NCBI GenBank assembly: GCA_041674185.1
Contig: JBAYWE010000002.1
Span: forward strand, 2,233-66,232
Source of the DNA: Minisyncoccota bacterium
GTDB lineage: Bacteria; Patescibacteriota; Minisyncoccia; UBA6257; JAGOQP01
Reading direction: 5' to 3'
DNA: 64,000 nt
This document shows positions 47,635-58,771 of the stretch, piece after piece. Positions within the stretch are counted from its first letter, which is position 1. Every line of letters begins with the position of its first letter. A program made the position numbers and the translations under genes. Below the pieces are notes generated by a model. That model saw nothing but the letters and a program-made list of their open reading frames with translations. It had not been told where the DNA came from and did not search any database.

Positions 47635-48057
47635 ATGAAAATTCTATTCCTTTGCAGAGGAAATGTAGGAAGGAGCCAAATGGCTGAAGCTTTATTCAGA
47701 AAAATGACTGATAATAGACACGAAGTAATCTCTGCGGGTATTAAATTAAGCGGGGCAGAACAACCAATTGAAGAATTGGGTTCGATTATAGACAATCTAA
47801 ACATAGTCATGAAAGAAGAAGGATTGGATATTTCTAAAAATATCCGCAAACAAGTTACTCAAGAAATGATTAATGACGCAGAAAAGATTATTCTAACAGT
47901 AGATGAACGAGATTTAATCCCCGACAATCTTAGAAATAACCAAAAAGTTGTTATATGGAATGTTGTAGACCCCAAAAATCAATCTCTTGAATTCACACGT
48001 CAAATAAAAGATCAAATAAAAGATCTTATTGAAAATTTTCTTAAAAGCTTGTTATAA
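47635..48057 (+). CDS. low-molecular-weight protein-tyrosine phosphatase / arsenate reductase family
   Basis: The P-loop sequence LCRGNVGRSQMAE fits the CX5R active-site motif. Confidence 0.75.
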   Translation: MKILFLCRGNVGRSQMAEALFRKMTDNRHEVISAGIKLSGAEQPIEELGSIIDNLNIVMKEEGLDISKNIRKQVTQEMINDAEKIILTVDERDLIPDNLRNNQKVVIWNVVDPKNQSLEFTRQIKDQIKDLIENFLKSLL

Positions 48058-48440
48058 ACATAAGTTTCTATATAACCAAATAACTACCAGCAGTTCCAAC
48101 TCGAGATAAGAAACACACACAAACACGTCTCTATGACGTTTTTGTTTTTTATTTGTAAAGAGGTGAAACAAATCTTGACATGGTTCGTTATAGTATATAT
48201 AAGAAAAATATGCACAGACATCATCATCACGTAAATATGAGCAATATTCAAAAACCACAAGTATGCGGTCTTTTCGCCGTTACCACTTATGGAACACAAA
48301 CGCTTATATTTAGTCGTGATACGCATAATTTTTAGAATCTATTTTTTTCAAATTAAGAAAATCTCGACTGAATAAAAGTCGAGATTTTTTGTTCAGTATT
48401 CGTTCTTTACAATTTCATAACAAACATAAGGAGAAAAGAA

Positions 48441-49634
48441 ATGAATCAGAAAGATATGAATCGTAATGTGTCTCTCTATAAGTGGTATGTTTTATTTAAT
48501 GAACCACTATTCTGGGGACCCGTTCTTATCATCTCGCTACAAAAATTAGGGCACATGACGCTTTCGGATATCTATTTTATGGAATCCGCAGTTGTTATTA
48601 TTTGTGTCTTGTTAGATATTCCCTCAGGAACACTCGCAGATATTATCGGAAAAAGAACAATGCTCATTTTCGGACGCATGCTATTATTTATAAGCATATG
48701 TTTATTTGCCTGTATGTCATCTCCCCTCCTTGCATGGACAGCAAACATAGCCTGGGCAATTGGATATTCATTTCAATCAGGAGCGGACGTCTCACTTCTA
48801 TATAGTAGCCTTAAAAATGGAGGACATCACACACAATTCAAAAAAGTGGAAGGACGTGCGGTGGGATCACGATTCTTACTCATGGCATGCTGCGCACTGA
48901 TAGTGAGCGCGTTGGTAACCATACACCCAAGACTCCCTCTCATCTTCTCTATTATTCCTATGGGAATACCTCTTATTATTTCTTTTCGATTCAAAGAGTC
49001 GACTCAAACAAAGAAATATAGCGCCTCAGAGCAAATACGTATTCTCAAGGCAGGAGTATTATGTGCGCTCAGAAATAAATACATACGATGGATTATCGGA
49101 TTTTCTGCATTCATCGCGGGAACATCAAAAATATGGTTTTTTACCTATAACCCATATTTCGAAAGAGTTGGTATTCACATTGCATATTATGGATTTATAT
49201 TTTTTCTCATCAATATTGTTGCGTGGGTATCAAGCCGCTATGCACATCAAATGGCAAACTTCACTACAGAACGGAATTCTATTCTATGGATGACTGCCTG
49301 TATCGCAATACCTATTCTACTTATGGGATTATTTCCTTTTTGGCCACTCGCATATCTCATATTATTTCAAAATTTAGTACGCGGATTTATGAGTCCCTTC
49401 TTAGGAGATTTTATTAATAAACACATTGACACAGAAGAAATACGAGCGACCGTACTTTCAGTAAGATCATCAACCACAAACACCGTCTCTATTTTTGCCC
49501 TTGCGTGGTTTGGATTTATGACAAGTCAATTTAGTTTATTATCTTCGCTCAGTATTCTCGGTATAATTGCCCTCGGTGTAGGAGCGCTGAGCATACAACG
49601 ATATCAAAAATTATTTCTCACACCAGGGAAATAA
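48441..49634 (+). CDS. MFS transporter
   Basis: ~12 predicted TM helices; MFS-like GKR-type loop (DIIGKRTM). Confidence 0.65.
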   Translation: MNQKDMNRNVSLYKWYVLFNEPLFWGPVLIISLQKLGHMTLSDIYFMESAVVIICVLLDIPSGTLADIIGKRTMLIFGRMLLFISICLFACMSSPLLAWTANIAWAIGYSFQSGADVSLLYSSLKNGGHHTQFKKVEGRAVGSRFLLMACCALIVSALVTIHPRLPLIFSIIPMGIPLIISFRFKESTQTKKYSASEQIRILKAGVLCALRNKYIRWIIGFSAFIAGTSKIWFFTYNPYFERVGIHIAYYGFIFFLINIVAWVSSRYAHQMANFTTERNSILWMTACIAIPILLMGLFPFWPLAYLILFQNLVRGFMSPFLGDFINKHIDTEEIRATVLSVRSSTTNTVSIFALAWFGFMTSQFSLLSSLSILGIIALGVGALSIQRYQKLFLTPGK

Positions 49635-49688
49635 GAAAAAAATCACCCTGATACACATCAAGGTGATTTTTATAAAAAGTATATACCC

Positions 49689-50027
49689 CTATTCACCAGA
49701 TGAAGAGGTGGTATTTAAAGTTGATTCCTGCGTAGGAACTACAAAACGATCCATTCCCCCACAACGCCCATCTTCAGAATAAATACTGGAACGATTTTGC
49801 ATGAAACGGCCATATCCATACTGATCATCATGTCCTCCTTGTCTAAACAAAAATGACATTTTACCAAACCAAACCCCCGCAAAAAAAACAAATGCAAAAA
49901 TCAACAAAGTTAAAATAATACGAACTAAGATATAATTTCCACAACACCCACTTTTTCCCATAGGTCTTTGTTGACACATAAAACAGACACATCCCTCAGG
50001 ACATCCTCCTTTTTTTATTTCTTCCAT
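49689..50027 (-). CDS. Cys-rich small membrane protein, hypothetical
   Basis: N-terminal CPEGCVCFMCQQ...CCG cluster followed by a TM helix. Confidence 0.4.
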   Translation of the reverse strand: MEEIKKGGCPEGCVCFMCQQRPMGKSGCCGNYILVRIILTLLIFAFVFFAGVWFGKMSFLFRQGGHDDQYGYGRFMQNRSSIYSEDGRCGGMDRFVVPTQESTLNTTSSSGE

Positions 50028-50173
50028 AAAATATATGTTCTTATTCTATTAATAATAAAATGACCGTTCTGTATAGTATAGCATACACACCACATGAAAC
50101 CATAACAGCTATATACTATAAACTAATTATAAGCCCTTGCGAAATAACGGAATATAAGGCAGTATAAGGCGAC

Positions 50174-51646
50174 ATGGCACAAGACGAAACAATTCTTCGA
50201 TTTAATGAAGTAACCTTTGAATTTGGACATAAGAAACCTATTTTACGAGAAGCGAGTTTTTCTATACGCCGAGGAAGCAAAATGACCCTCATGGGACAAA
50301 ATGGCGCAGGAAAAAGTACTATATTTAAACTCATTACTGGCACACTCAAACCAGAATCAGGTAGTATTACCACCATCCCCGGAATTACCATCGCGACATC
50401 GCGACAAGTCATTCCTCGCGAACAAATGAATTGGACCGTAAAAGAATTTTTTGAGAGTGTATTCCCTAAAAAAATATATGATATAGATCCACAAATAGAC
50501 ACGGTATTAGATGTGGTCCACCTTTCTACATCGCACGATAAAATACTCAATACATTTTCAGGAGGGCAACAGGCACGACTCCTCCTTGCACAAGCACTTA
50601 TTCAAAATCCAGATATTTTATTATTAGATGAGCCCACAAATAACCTCGATAAAGCAGGTATTGCGCATCTGAAAAAGTTTCTCGTTGAATATTCTAAAAC
50701 CTGTATTGTTATTTCTCATGACGCAGATTTCTTAAATGCATTCACACACGGCGTGTTTTATTTGGAAGCATTTTCACACATTATAGAACAATACACCGGA
50801 AACTATTTTAAGGTAGTCGCAGATATCCAAGCACGCCGAGAACGTGAACGTATGAAAAATGCGCGCCTAGAAAAAGACATTGAACATCGAAAAGAAAAAG
50901 CAAACTTCTTTGGGCAAAAAGGAGGACATTTGCGTGATGTGGCGCGTAAAATGAGAGAAAAAATTGAAGAACTAGAAGAAGACACCGTGGAAGTACGCCG
51001 AGAAGATAAAACAATTAGAAAATTCTCCATCCCTTGTCAAGAACACACCGGAGGCGTTCTTCTATCTCTTTCATCGGTTTCTATTATGCATCCGTATGAA
51101 CAAATTCCCGTTACTAAGAAAGTACATATAGAACTACGCAAGAAAGAACGCCTCTTACTTACGGGACCCAATGGAATAGGAAAAACAACACTTCTCCAAA
51201 CACTCGCCACTGGGCATGCACAGGGAGAAACAGTTGCGAAAGGAGTTCATATTGGATATTATCGTCAAGATTTTTCCGCACTTGATTTTGAAGAAACAAC
51301 ATACGAAGCGCTCCGGAAAGCAATGAAAGTAGGTGGTGAAGAAGAGCTTCGCTCATACGCCGCGGGATTTCTATTGGATAGTGAAATATTAAAGACAAAA
51401 ATAGGGTCTCTATCTGAAGGACAAAAAGGACTTGTGGCATTTGCTAAAATAGCCCTCGAACACCCAGGACTATTAATACTCGATGAACCCACGAATCATA
51501 TAAACTTCCGTCATCTCCCCATTATTGCAGAAGCCTTAAATGCATATGAAGGAGCTATGATTCTCGTAAGTCACTTCCCTGAATTTGTAAAAGAAATAAA
51601 AATTACCCACGAATTAAACCTAGGAGAACTCGTAGAAAAAGATTAA
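50174..51646 (+). CDS. ABC-F family ATPase (two tandem ABC domains, no TMD)
   Basis: GQNGAGKST with LSGGQQARL in the first domain; GPNGIGKTT with LSEGQKGL in the second. Confidence 0.85.
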   Translation: MAQDETILRFNEVTFEFGHKKPILREASFSIRRGSKMTLMGQNGAGKSTIFKLITGTLKPESGSITTIPGITIATSRQVIPREQMNWTVKEFFESVFPKKIYDIDPQIDTVLDVVHLSTSHDKILNTFSGGQQARLLLAQALIQNPDILLLDEPTNNLDKAGIAHLKKFLVEYSKTCIVISHDADFLNAFTHGVFYLEAFSHIIEQYTGNYFKVVADIQARRERERMKNARLEKDIEHRKEKANFFGQKGGHLRDVARKMREKIEELEEDTVEVRREDKTIRKFSIPCQEHTGGVLLSLSSVSIMHPYEQIPVTKKVHIELRKKERLLLTGPNGIGKTTLLQTLATGHAQGETVAKGVHIGYYRQDFSALDFEETTYEALRKAMKVGGEEELRSYAAGFLLDSEILKTKIGSLSEGQKGLVAFAKIALEHPGLLILDEPTNHINFRHLPIIAEALNAYEGAMILVSHFPEFVKEIKITHELNLGELVEKD

Positions 51647-51927
51647 ATAATTTCGTCTATTTTTTGAGCAAGCGCTCTATCTTTATCTGTTACCATTTCT
51701 GCGTCATGCGTAGTGAGAGTAACACGAACGTGTTTGTAATCATACAATAATATATCGGGATGATGTTGTATTTCTTCCGCAAGAACTCCTATTTTATTTA
51801 CAAAAACAAGAGCATCGTGAAATGAAGTAAATATGAATTCCCGATAGATGGTATTTTCTTTCTCTTTCCACATATATATTATATCTGTAGAAATCCAAGC
51901 GCGTGATATACCAGTATCGCGGGCCAT
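51643..51927 (-). CDS. phhB: pterin-4a-carbinolamine dehydratase
   Basis: EEIQHHPD...VRVTLTTHDAEMVTDKDRALAQKID matches the PCD/DCoH core. The ORF extends to 52044; the start at MARDTG is inferred. Confidence 0.7.
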   Translation of the reverse strand: MARDTGISRAWISTDIIYMWKEKENTIYREFIFTSFHDALVFVNKIGVLAEEIQHHPDILLYDYKHVRVTLTTHDAEMVTDKDRALAQKIDEII

Positions 51928-52168
51928 ACCAAAGCCTTTAAAATACCAAGAGCTCCCGCCCAAAAAAACGTATCTGCTTGTTGCACAAAATAAATAGCAG
52001 CACCAATAAACGCGACGCCATATATACAACTCGGAGTAGCACACGTATTTCCAGAATATTTTTTACGACAACTTGATTCAGGTGAAATTTTTTGTTCTTC
52101 AGTATTCATATACAGATAGAATAACACACAAAGAAAGAATACACGAATGGGGTTATAAAAGAATATCT

Positions 52169-52654
52169 TTAATTTCTCATCCGCCGAAACTCATCTTGGG
52201 GCATATCCTGTTGTATATAGGGCTTCATAAGTCCTCGTATAGGACCCCGACGAGCAAGGAAAGTCATTAATCCCAAGGTATCAATTATAAATCCCCCTAT
52301 AATAATCGCGACAATAAATCCCCCCGCAATGAGTTTAAAATTTTTCTTAAAAGAAAAATCGTACATACGCAATAACCAAATCCCCAAAACAAAACTTCCC
52401 AGAATAAGTATGGGAGCCCACCAAGGAAAAAGTTCCATCATTCGATCAAATCTATATCCTCCCATAGGACGATGGGTGCGTATAGAAAATCGTATAAATC
52501 CAACTAAGAAGACAGAGAGAACTACCGATCCCACAAGTCCGACAAAGGTACTTATGGATCCGACAACAAAATATATTTTTGAACGCATTTTTATTTTATT
52601 ATGCGAAATTTTCTCCATAACCACAGCGGAAATATTTTTTAATTCTTCTGACAT
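52169..52654 (-). CDS. membrane protein, putative anti-sigma factor
   Basis: Multi-TM protein immediately downstream of, and overlapping, the ECF sigma gene. Confidence 0.4.
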   Translation of the reverse strand: MSEELKNISAVVMEKISHNKIKMRSKIYFVVGSISTFVGLVGSVVLSVFLVGFIRFSIRTHRPMGGYRFDRMMELFPWWAPILILGSFVLGIWLLRMYDFSFKKNFKLIAGGFIVAIIIGGFIIDTLGLMTFLARRGPIRGLMKPYIQQDMPQDEFRRMRN

Positions 52655-53187
52655 ATTTTTTTTATTATTTTCTTCGCCCGACGTATACGAGTTGCAACTG
52701 TTCCCATGGGAATTCTTAAAATAGTACTAATTTCTTCATATGATTTATCATCTAAATAATACAGACTCAGGGGTTCAGAATAAAGAAGAGGAAGAGCACT
52801 GAGACATGTTTCCACCTGTGCCTGAATCTCTTTTTGTTCAAATTCTTCTTCAAGACTGTAATCGTCCTTCATATCAAAATCATCTATAAGAGGTATCTCT
52901 TTCTTATATTTTTTAACGACATTCATCGCTTCATTATGAACAATACGATACAGCCAACTTGAAAACTTCTTTTGAACATCAAATCCATGCAAATGAATAT
53001 AGGCATTTATAAAAGCATCTTGTACAATGTGCTGTGCGCCCCCCTCATCATGAACAAGATGATTTGCATATCTCAAAAGTTTGTCAGTATAGCGATCCAT
53101 AAGAACTGCAAAAAGTTCTCGATCATCTGAGCGAACTCTTTCTACAATTTCTTCATCAGTTAATACCGTACTATCGCTCATATACAA
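52639..53187 (-). CDS. ECF-type RNA polymerase sigma-70 family factor
   Basis: Region 2 (HIVQDAFINAYIHL) and region 4 (YEEISTILRIPMGTVATRIRRA) sigma-70 motifs. Confidence 0.8.
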   Translation of the reverse strand: MYMSDSTVLTDEEIVERVRSDDRELFAVLMDRYTDKLLRYANHLVHDEGGAQHIVQDAFINAYIHLHGFDVQKKFSSWLYRIVHNEAMNVVKKYKKEIPLIDDFDMKDDYSLEEEFEQKEIQAQVETCLSALPLLYSEPLSLYYLDDKSYEEISTILRIPMGTVATRIRRAKKIIKKICQKN

Positions 53188-53261
53188 TACTTTAAAAAAT
53201 ATGCGTGTATCCTACTCAATTCTAAATATACTGATTTGAATTGAGTAGGATACATAAATTA

Positions 53262-53635
53262 TTAACGGTTAAAACCTCTTCCCGTACCACCCATTCTCCC
53301 GAGTCCATTTTGTGTGCCAAGTCCAAGCTCTTGACGAATTTTCTGAGCTTCCACTGTTTTACCCTGTACCGCTAAATTACGAGCTTCTACAAATTTTGCA
53401 AAATTAGCTTGAGTAATAACCTGACTTGCTCTTCCTTTATTTTGCATAAGATTTTTCCACGCGGTGTAATCTTTATTCTCAAACGCCTGGGTCATTGCCG
53501 TATGACGTTCTACTGAATAATTTGGACCAACGCGTGTGGGATCTCCTTGATACGCGAGTGCAGTACCTGTTGAAATTGCAATAATCCCAACCATAAACAC
53601 CAACACTCCAAATCCTAATATGTTTTTTTTCATAA
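53262..53635 (-). CDS. secreted hypothetical protein
   Basis: Signal peptide MKKNILGFGVLVFMVG. The ORF extends to 53714. Confidence 0.45.
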
Positions 53636-53735
53636 CATTTTTTTGAATTAATATTATACGATAGAGAGCTAAAGTGACGTATATTTCAGCCCATCTACCT
53701 CTTATACAATCCAAAACTACTATTTCTTTCCTTTT

Positions 53736-54548
53736 TTATATATTTCTTTGTCTTTTAATTTCAGAGATGATAATTGACGTAGCAACAGCAACGTTTAATG
53801 AACTTGCGGACCCTTGTATGGGAATTGCAACCATTTCATCAGCTAATGCTTTATATCCAACGCTTAGTCCTAGTTTCTCATTGCCAACAAGTAAAATAGT
53901 AGGTTTATTGAAATCATGCGCATACACCGTATGACTTCCATGCTCATCAGTACCCACAATTTGTAAATGAGGAAATTTTTCTTTTAAATTCTTAATCCAT
54001 ACTTCAACTTCTGTTTGAGAAGGAATACGAACAATGGGCAGTAAGAATAATGAACCCGTCGTTGCGCTAATTGTTTCTGGATCGTATACATCAACCGCAT
54101 GCCCCGTAATAATGAGGCCGTCCACTCCAAACGCATCACACGATCGAATAAGAGTTCCTAAATTTCCTGGACTTGAAGGTCTATCAAAAACAACAACTAA
54201 TAAAGTATTATGTATTTTTATTTTATGTAAATCATCTTCGGGTATTTTAGCTACCATAAGTATTTCTGAAGTCTCTTCTTTATTGCTTAATTTTGCCAAA
54301 AGCTCTTTTGAAAGATCGTAGCACACCTCAGCTTTTGCATGTTCAATAATATGCTTCGCCCATGGAGAAAGTCCCCCATCTGATGAAAAAAGTACCGCCT
54401 GTATCTTCCACTTATAGGCAATGGCGTTATTGACATTTCGTACTCCCTCAAAAATAAACCCTTCTTTATTTCTTTTTTCTCTATTTGTTTTCAATGCATG
54501 AAATATCTGAAATTGAGCATTTTCTTTTGTGATCTTTAGAATTTTCAT
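53736..54548 (-). CDS. TrmH/SpoU-family RNA 2'-O-methyltransferase
   Basis: NLGTLIRSCDAFGV, LLVGNEKLGLS and IPIQGSASSLNVAVA motifs. Confidence 0.8.
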   Translation of the reverse strand: MKILKITKENAQFQIFHALKTNREKRNKEGFIFEGVRNVNNAIAYKWKIQAVLFSSDGGLSPWAKHIIEHAKAEVCYDLSKELLAKLSNKEETSEILMVAKIPEDDLHKIKIHNTLLVVVFDRPSSPGNLGTLIRSCDAFGVDGLIITGHAVDVYDPETISATTGSLFLLPIVRIPSQTEVEVWIKNLKEKFPHLQIVGTDEHGSHTVYAHDFNKPTILLVGNEKLGLSVGYKALADEMVAIPIQGSASSLNVAVATSIIISEIKRQRNI

Positions 54549-54880
54549 ATTTTTATCTTTTCTACTTTTTTACTAAACGATCCATGAATCATACGAAACG
54601 AAGGACGTTTTTCCTTTTCATATAAAAAAGGAATTCCCATAATCTCTTTGCATTTTGTACAGGTCAAAGGGGATATTTTTTCAAGTGGATAATTTCTTAA
54701 TTGAGTTAATTCCTCGGGAGCAGATATTCTATCGAGATACATTCGTTTTAACGATCCGATGCCATCTTTTTGATACAAGGCAACAAAAGTTCCACACTGC
54801 GAACAAGATATGTTCAAAAATTTTGAAGATCCTCCCCGAACCCTTCTGTAATTATCTTTTTTAAATTCTAACTTTTTCAT
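54545..54880 (-). CDS. zinc-finger hypothetical protein
   Basis: CSQCG...CTKC Cys pairs. Confidence 0.4.
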   Translation of the reverse strand: MKKLEFKKDNYRRVRGGSSKFLNISCSQCGTFVALYQKDGIGSLKRMYLDRISAPEELTQLRNYPLEKISPLTCTKCKEIMGIPFLYEKEKRPSFRMIHGSFSKKVEKIKI

Positions 54881-54952
54881 AGATTTTAGATCATCTAATT
54901 AAAAGTTCTTTTTGCGGACTGTGTCCGCCGTAGCTCGCTTCGGCGAGCGAAG

Positions 54953-55037
54953 GCGGAGAGGGGGAGATTCGAACTCCCGATACCTTTCGATATACTCGCT
55001 TTCCAAGCGAGCGCACTAGACCACTATGCGACCCCTC
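54953..55037 (-). tRNA. tRNA-Ser (anticodon GGA), type II with long variable arm
   Basis: Reverse complement reads GGAGGGG...CTCGCTTGGAAAGCGAG...GGGAGTTCGAATCTCCC...CCTCTCC. Two tandem hairpins (GCGGACtgtGTCCGC and GCTCGCttcgGCGAGC) follow the 3' end. Confidence 0.8.
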
Positions 55038-55120
55038 CAAATTATATATAAAATCTATCATTATTTTAGATAAATACAATCCCCTTTCTTAATGTAAAGA
55101 AAGTGATAAAATAGAGGTAT

Positions 55121-55345
55121 ATGAAAAAACTTATACAAGCAGAGTTTATTCTTCTTCTGGTCGGTACATTATTTGCATGGACTAATTTCGCCATCGAATT
55201 TATTGATTGGATAAACGGACGAGCCTGTAGCACAGGATGTGCAGTAGGACTCGTCAATCCATTCCTCACCCCCTGTTTCTATGGAGCACTCATGTTTCTC
55301 ACTACATTTATTATAAGTGCTATATTATATACAAAAAATAAATAA
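55121..55345 (+). CDS. small membrane protein, hypothetical
   Basis: Two TM helices; Cys-containing loop. Confidence 0.35.
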   Translation: MKKLIQAEFILLLVGTLFAWTNFAIEFIDWINGRACSTGCAVGLVNPFLTPCFYGALMFLTTFIISAILYTKNK

Positions 55346-55348
55346 CAT

Positions 55349-55711
55349 ATGGACTACATACCCACACTTACTTTTTTCATCGTCGGTATATTATTTGCGA
55401 TTATTTCACTCCCCTTAATATATAGAAAGATTCCTGTAAATATCGTATACGGATTTCGCATATCAAAATATGTTTTTATAGACAAAGATATTTGGTACAC
55501 AGTAAATGAATTAGGAGGAAAATACTTTTTTGGTATAGGTATTATATTGCTCCTCCTCTCTTTTGTTTCTATGTATGCGAGTCCCGAATTGCTATATCAA
55601 ATACTCATTCCTTTTGAAATAGCATTTATTATCACTGGTGTCTTTTATACATGGTATAAGACACTTATATGCACCTATAGTCTTGCTCGTAAAAAAGGAC
55701 ACAAAAAATAA
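55349..55711 (+). CDS. small membrane protein, hypothetical
   Basis: Three TM helices. Confidence 0.35.
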   Translation: MDYIPTLTFFIVGILFAIISLPLIYRKIPVNIVYGFRISKYVFIDKDIWYTVNELGGKYFFGIGIILLLLSFVSMYASPELLYQILIPFEIAFIITGVFYTWYKTLICTYSLARKKGHKK

Positions 55712-55819
55712 TTAAAATCCCCCTAGGGGGATTTTAATTATTTAATTTCAAATTTCTAATAAATTTTATTTCTTAAATTTAGATACTAGATGTTTTCTGT
55801 CTACCGATAGGCAGAAAAA

Positions 55820-56923
55820 TTAGACACTTCTCACATGGTCCGCTCCCACCGCTTCGGTAACAGAATGAAATCCATCCTTTTTTAAAAGTTTCACTAACCC
55901 TTTATTTATACGCTTAATCAAGAAAGGTCCTTCAAATATCATTCCCGTCATTAACTCAACAAGCGATGCTCCCGCACGAATCTTTTCATAAGCATCTTTG
56001 GCACTAAAAATTCCCCCCACACCAATAATAGGATACGCCCCACCCGTAAGAACATAAATACTTCGAATCATTTCGGTGGAGAGTTTTTGCATAGGTTTTC
56101 CAGATATCCCCCCTTTATACTGCTCAATATCAGCTAATTGAGTATGGGATAACAAATTCCTATTCCGAGTAAGATTAGAGACAATAAATCCAGTTACACA
56201 CGAATAGTTTTTTACGAGAGCAACAATAGCACGAACCATATCATTCGAAATATCAGGTTTTAGTTTTAAAAAAATAGGTTTCTGCGACTTCTCTGCCTGG
56301 AGAGCATCTAATAATTTTTTGAGTAATCCCATGTCTTCACAAAAAAGAATACCATCACCCGAATTCGGACAACTGATATTAATATTAATCAAATCAGCAA
56401 CGTGCTGTAATAACCGAAATGAAGCAATATAATCTGCAATAGAATCATCTCCTTTAATTTTTGCATCATTTGTTTTTGCAATATTAACCACCACAGGACA
56501 GGTGCGATGTTGTTTTTGAATATAGGGGGTCAACACAGTTGCCCCTTTATTCTTAAGTCCATAATTTACAATAAGAGATTCATCTTTTTTAAGACGAACA
56601 CTCCACGGATGTGGATTTCCCGCATACGCGTATCGAGTAATAGAACCAACCTCAGTAAATCCAAATCCTATACAGGGTATAGTCTGAATGAGCTGAGCAT
56701 CTTTATCAAACCCCCCCGCAAGTCCAATAGGATTTTTAAACGAAATACCACATACGTGAGTTTCTAAAGACGGATGGGTATATGAAAAAAGAAAGGTGAG
56801 TAAGCCTCGTGAAACACCCCAGGCCCCCAACCACGAACCAAATTGAACGGTGGTAAGATGTAACCAATCAGGAGAAAATAAAAATAAAATAGGTCTAATA
56901 ATTCGTTTATACAACATAGACAA
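55820..56923 (-). CDS. pyrD: dihydroorotate dehydrogenase (class 2, quinone-type)
   Basis: GLAGGFDKDAQ, NISCPN and GGIFSAKDAYEKIRAGASLVE motifs. The N-terminal extension is typical of class 2 enzymes. Confidence 0.85.
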   Translation of the reverse strand: MSMLYKRIIRPILFLFSPDWLHLTTVQFGSWLGAWGVSRGLLTFLFSYTHPSLETHVCGISFKNPIGLAGGFDKDAQLIQTIPCIGFGFTEVGSITRYAYAGNPHPWSVRLKKDESLIVNYGLKNKGATVLTPYIQKQHRTCPVVVNIAKTNDAKIKGDDSIADYIASFRLLQHVADLININISCPNSGDGILFCEDMGLLKKLLDALQAEKSQKPIFLKLKPDISNDMVRAIVALVKNYSCVTGFIVSNLTRNRNLLSHTQLADIEQYKGGISGKPMQKLSTEMIRSIYVLTGGAYPIIGVGGIFSAKDAYEKIRAGASLVELMTGMIFEGPFLIKRINKGLVKLLKKDGFHSVTEAVGADHVRSV

Positions 56924-56936
56924 GAAGCTATAAAAA

Positions 56937-57707
56937 TTATTCTTTTCTCATCGGGGCCTTTTTGACGATCTCTAATATTTCATCTTCATCATCAGTAATA
57001 GTGAATAAATTCATATCTTCCTTATTGATGGTCTGATGTGTTTTATACATCAGATTTTCTAGAAAATGTTTGAGTGGTGTCCAAAAATCAGTTCCCACAA
57101 GAATCATGGGTACTTGAGGAATTTTTCTTGTTTGTACGAGAGTAAGAATCTCAAAAAACTCATCCATCGTACCAAACCCACCCGGAAAATAAATGTACGC
57201 CTCAGCAGAAAAAGTGAGTGAAACTTTGCGCGTAAAGAAATATTGAAAATCAACATGTTCTTGAACATACGGATTCATAACTTGCTCCTTTGGTAATACA
57301 ATATTAAATCCAATAGAACTCCCATCAACATCAAATGCCCCCCTATTAGCCGCCTCCATAATACCTGGTCCCCCGCCACTCACCACAGCAAATCCTCGCT
57401 GAGCCAAAAGAGATGCAATACGTCGTGCTTGTATATAATAGGGATTATCTTCTTTAAATCGAGCTGATCCAAAAAAAGTAACTGATTTAGGGTATGAACC
57501 AATAAACTCCAATCCCTCTAACAACTCTTTATTAATAACGGAAACTTTCTGATGTACAAGATCTGTCATGTCTTTTTGAGACATAGGACAAACATTTAAA
57601 TGAACCGACGGAATATTAACACGTTTTCGATTAGTATGTGACATATAGGAATAGTATATCATAAAGCAGAAATCCTGGGGAGATATGTCTTGCGTCCTTT
57701 CTTCCAA
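56937..57707 (-). CDS. LOG-family (TIGR00730) protein
   Basis: VTFFGSAR, VVSGGGPGIMEAANRGA and GGFGTMDEFFE motifs. The likely true start is the internal MSQKDM (~57584). Confidence 0.75.
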   Translation of the reverse strand: MEERTQDISPQDFCFMIYYSYMSHTNRKRVNIPSVHLNVCPMSQKDMTDLVHQKVSVINKELLEGLEFIGSYPKSVTFFGSARFKEDNPYYIQARRIASLLAQRGFAVVSGGGPGIMEAANRGAFDVDGSSIGFNIVLPKEQVMNPYVQEHVDFQYFFTRKVSLTFSAEAYIYFPGGFGTMDEFFEILTLVQTRKIPQVPMILVGTDFWTPLKHFLENLMYKTHQTINKEDMNLFTITDDEDEILEIVKKAPMRKE

Positions 57708-57745
57708 TACGATACACTACAAACCATTATTACTAATTCATACGT

Positions 57746-57958
57746 ATGAAAACAAAGCAAGAGATATTGCAAGATTACTTAGATGATGCGCAAGAAACAC
57801 TTATTAAAATAGATATTACCTATACCTATTTACAAAATAAATATGCTGAAGATAATAACAAACATATTTTAGAAGAACTTGCAAAATTAGAGGCAAATAA
57901 GAAAGAAACAGAAAGTTGGTCTACATACATAACAGAGCAAATTTCAAAAGAAAAATAA
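57746..57958 (+). CDS. hypothetical small protein
   Basis: 70-aa ORF followed by a strong terminator (CCCGGataaaCCGGG plus T-run, 57968-57990). Confidence 0.4.
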   Translation: MKTKQEILQDYLDDAQETLIKIDITYTYLQNKYAEDNNKHILEELAKLEANKKETESWSTYITEQISKEK

Positions 57959-58010
57959 AAAAATAAAAACCCGGATAAACCGGGCTTTTTATAAAAACAA
58001 AAATTCTAAA

Positions 58011-58649
58011 CTAAACATATACTCGTTTTGCCATACCCAAGGAAACTCTACTGGGGTGGATCCCTGTATCAGCAAGACGTATAACATGGTCGCCCCCTCC
58101 CACAAGAACAGTGTTCTTATAGACAGAATTACATCGAACCATGTGATTACGATTGAGAAATTTATCAAAAAGATTCTTATGAACCGCTTCAGGGATTATC
58201 TGTAATCCCATAAAAGGCACAAATGAATCTTCTTCCAGATCCTGTTTTTGTTCTAAAGGTTTTTTACCGAGTGAAACGCCACTCGGCTTTGCAATATAAA
58301 CGCCCTCTTCAACACAAAATCCTACCTGAAGAAATTTATTAAAATCAAAATCATTGGAGGTAAGATCATTTTTAAAGGATACCCCTAATTTTTCCCAGAA
58401 AAGCCCATTAATCTGAACACTTCCCACCTTGTTCAAGCCAATGAGAACCATCTCTTCACTTGAGCGTTTAACGTTTTTTAAACTCTCTGTAGAAGGAATG
58501 GTGCTTAGAAAATTATCAGGAATAGAAATCTCCGCTTGTAGGAATAGAAGCTCCCATGTGTGCGGACCAATAATTCCCTCTTTAAACTCAAGTTGAGCTT
58601 TCTTCTTGAGTTGTAGAACTTTCTGAGTACAATTTTTTCCTTTGTTCAT
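58011..58649 (-). CDS. hypothetical protein
   Basis: 212-aa ORF with no confident motif. Confidence 0.4.
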   Translation of the reverse strand: MNKGKNCTQKVLQLKKKAQLEFKEGIIGPHTWELLFLQAEISIPDNFLSTIPSTESLKNVKRSSEEMVLIGLNKVGSVQINGLFWEKLGVSFKNDLTSNDFDFNKFLQVGFCVEEGVYIAKPSGVSLGKKPLEQKQDLEEDSFVPFMGLQIIPEAVHKNLFDKFLNRNHMVRCNSVYKNTVLVGGGDHVIRLADTGIHPSRVSLGMAKRVYV

Positions 58650-58771
58650 ATACTGACTCCCACTTTAAAAAATGAATAGAATTATAGAGTACAACAGACC
58701 ACGCCTTGTGGCCAGATAATAAATATATCACAAAATAAAAAAATGTCCATAGAACCGTATGAACATTTTTA

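Noticed and set aside
50116-50550. 144-aa minus-strand ORF
   Set aside because: Entirely antisense to the well-supported ABC-F gene.
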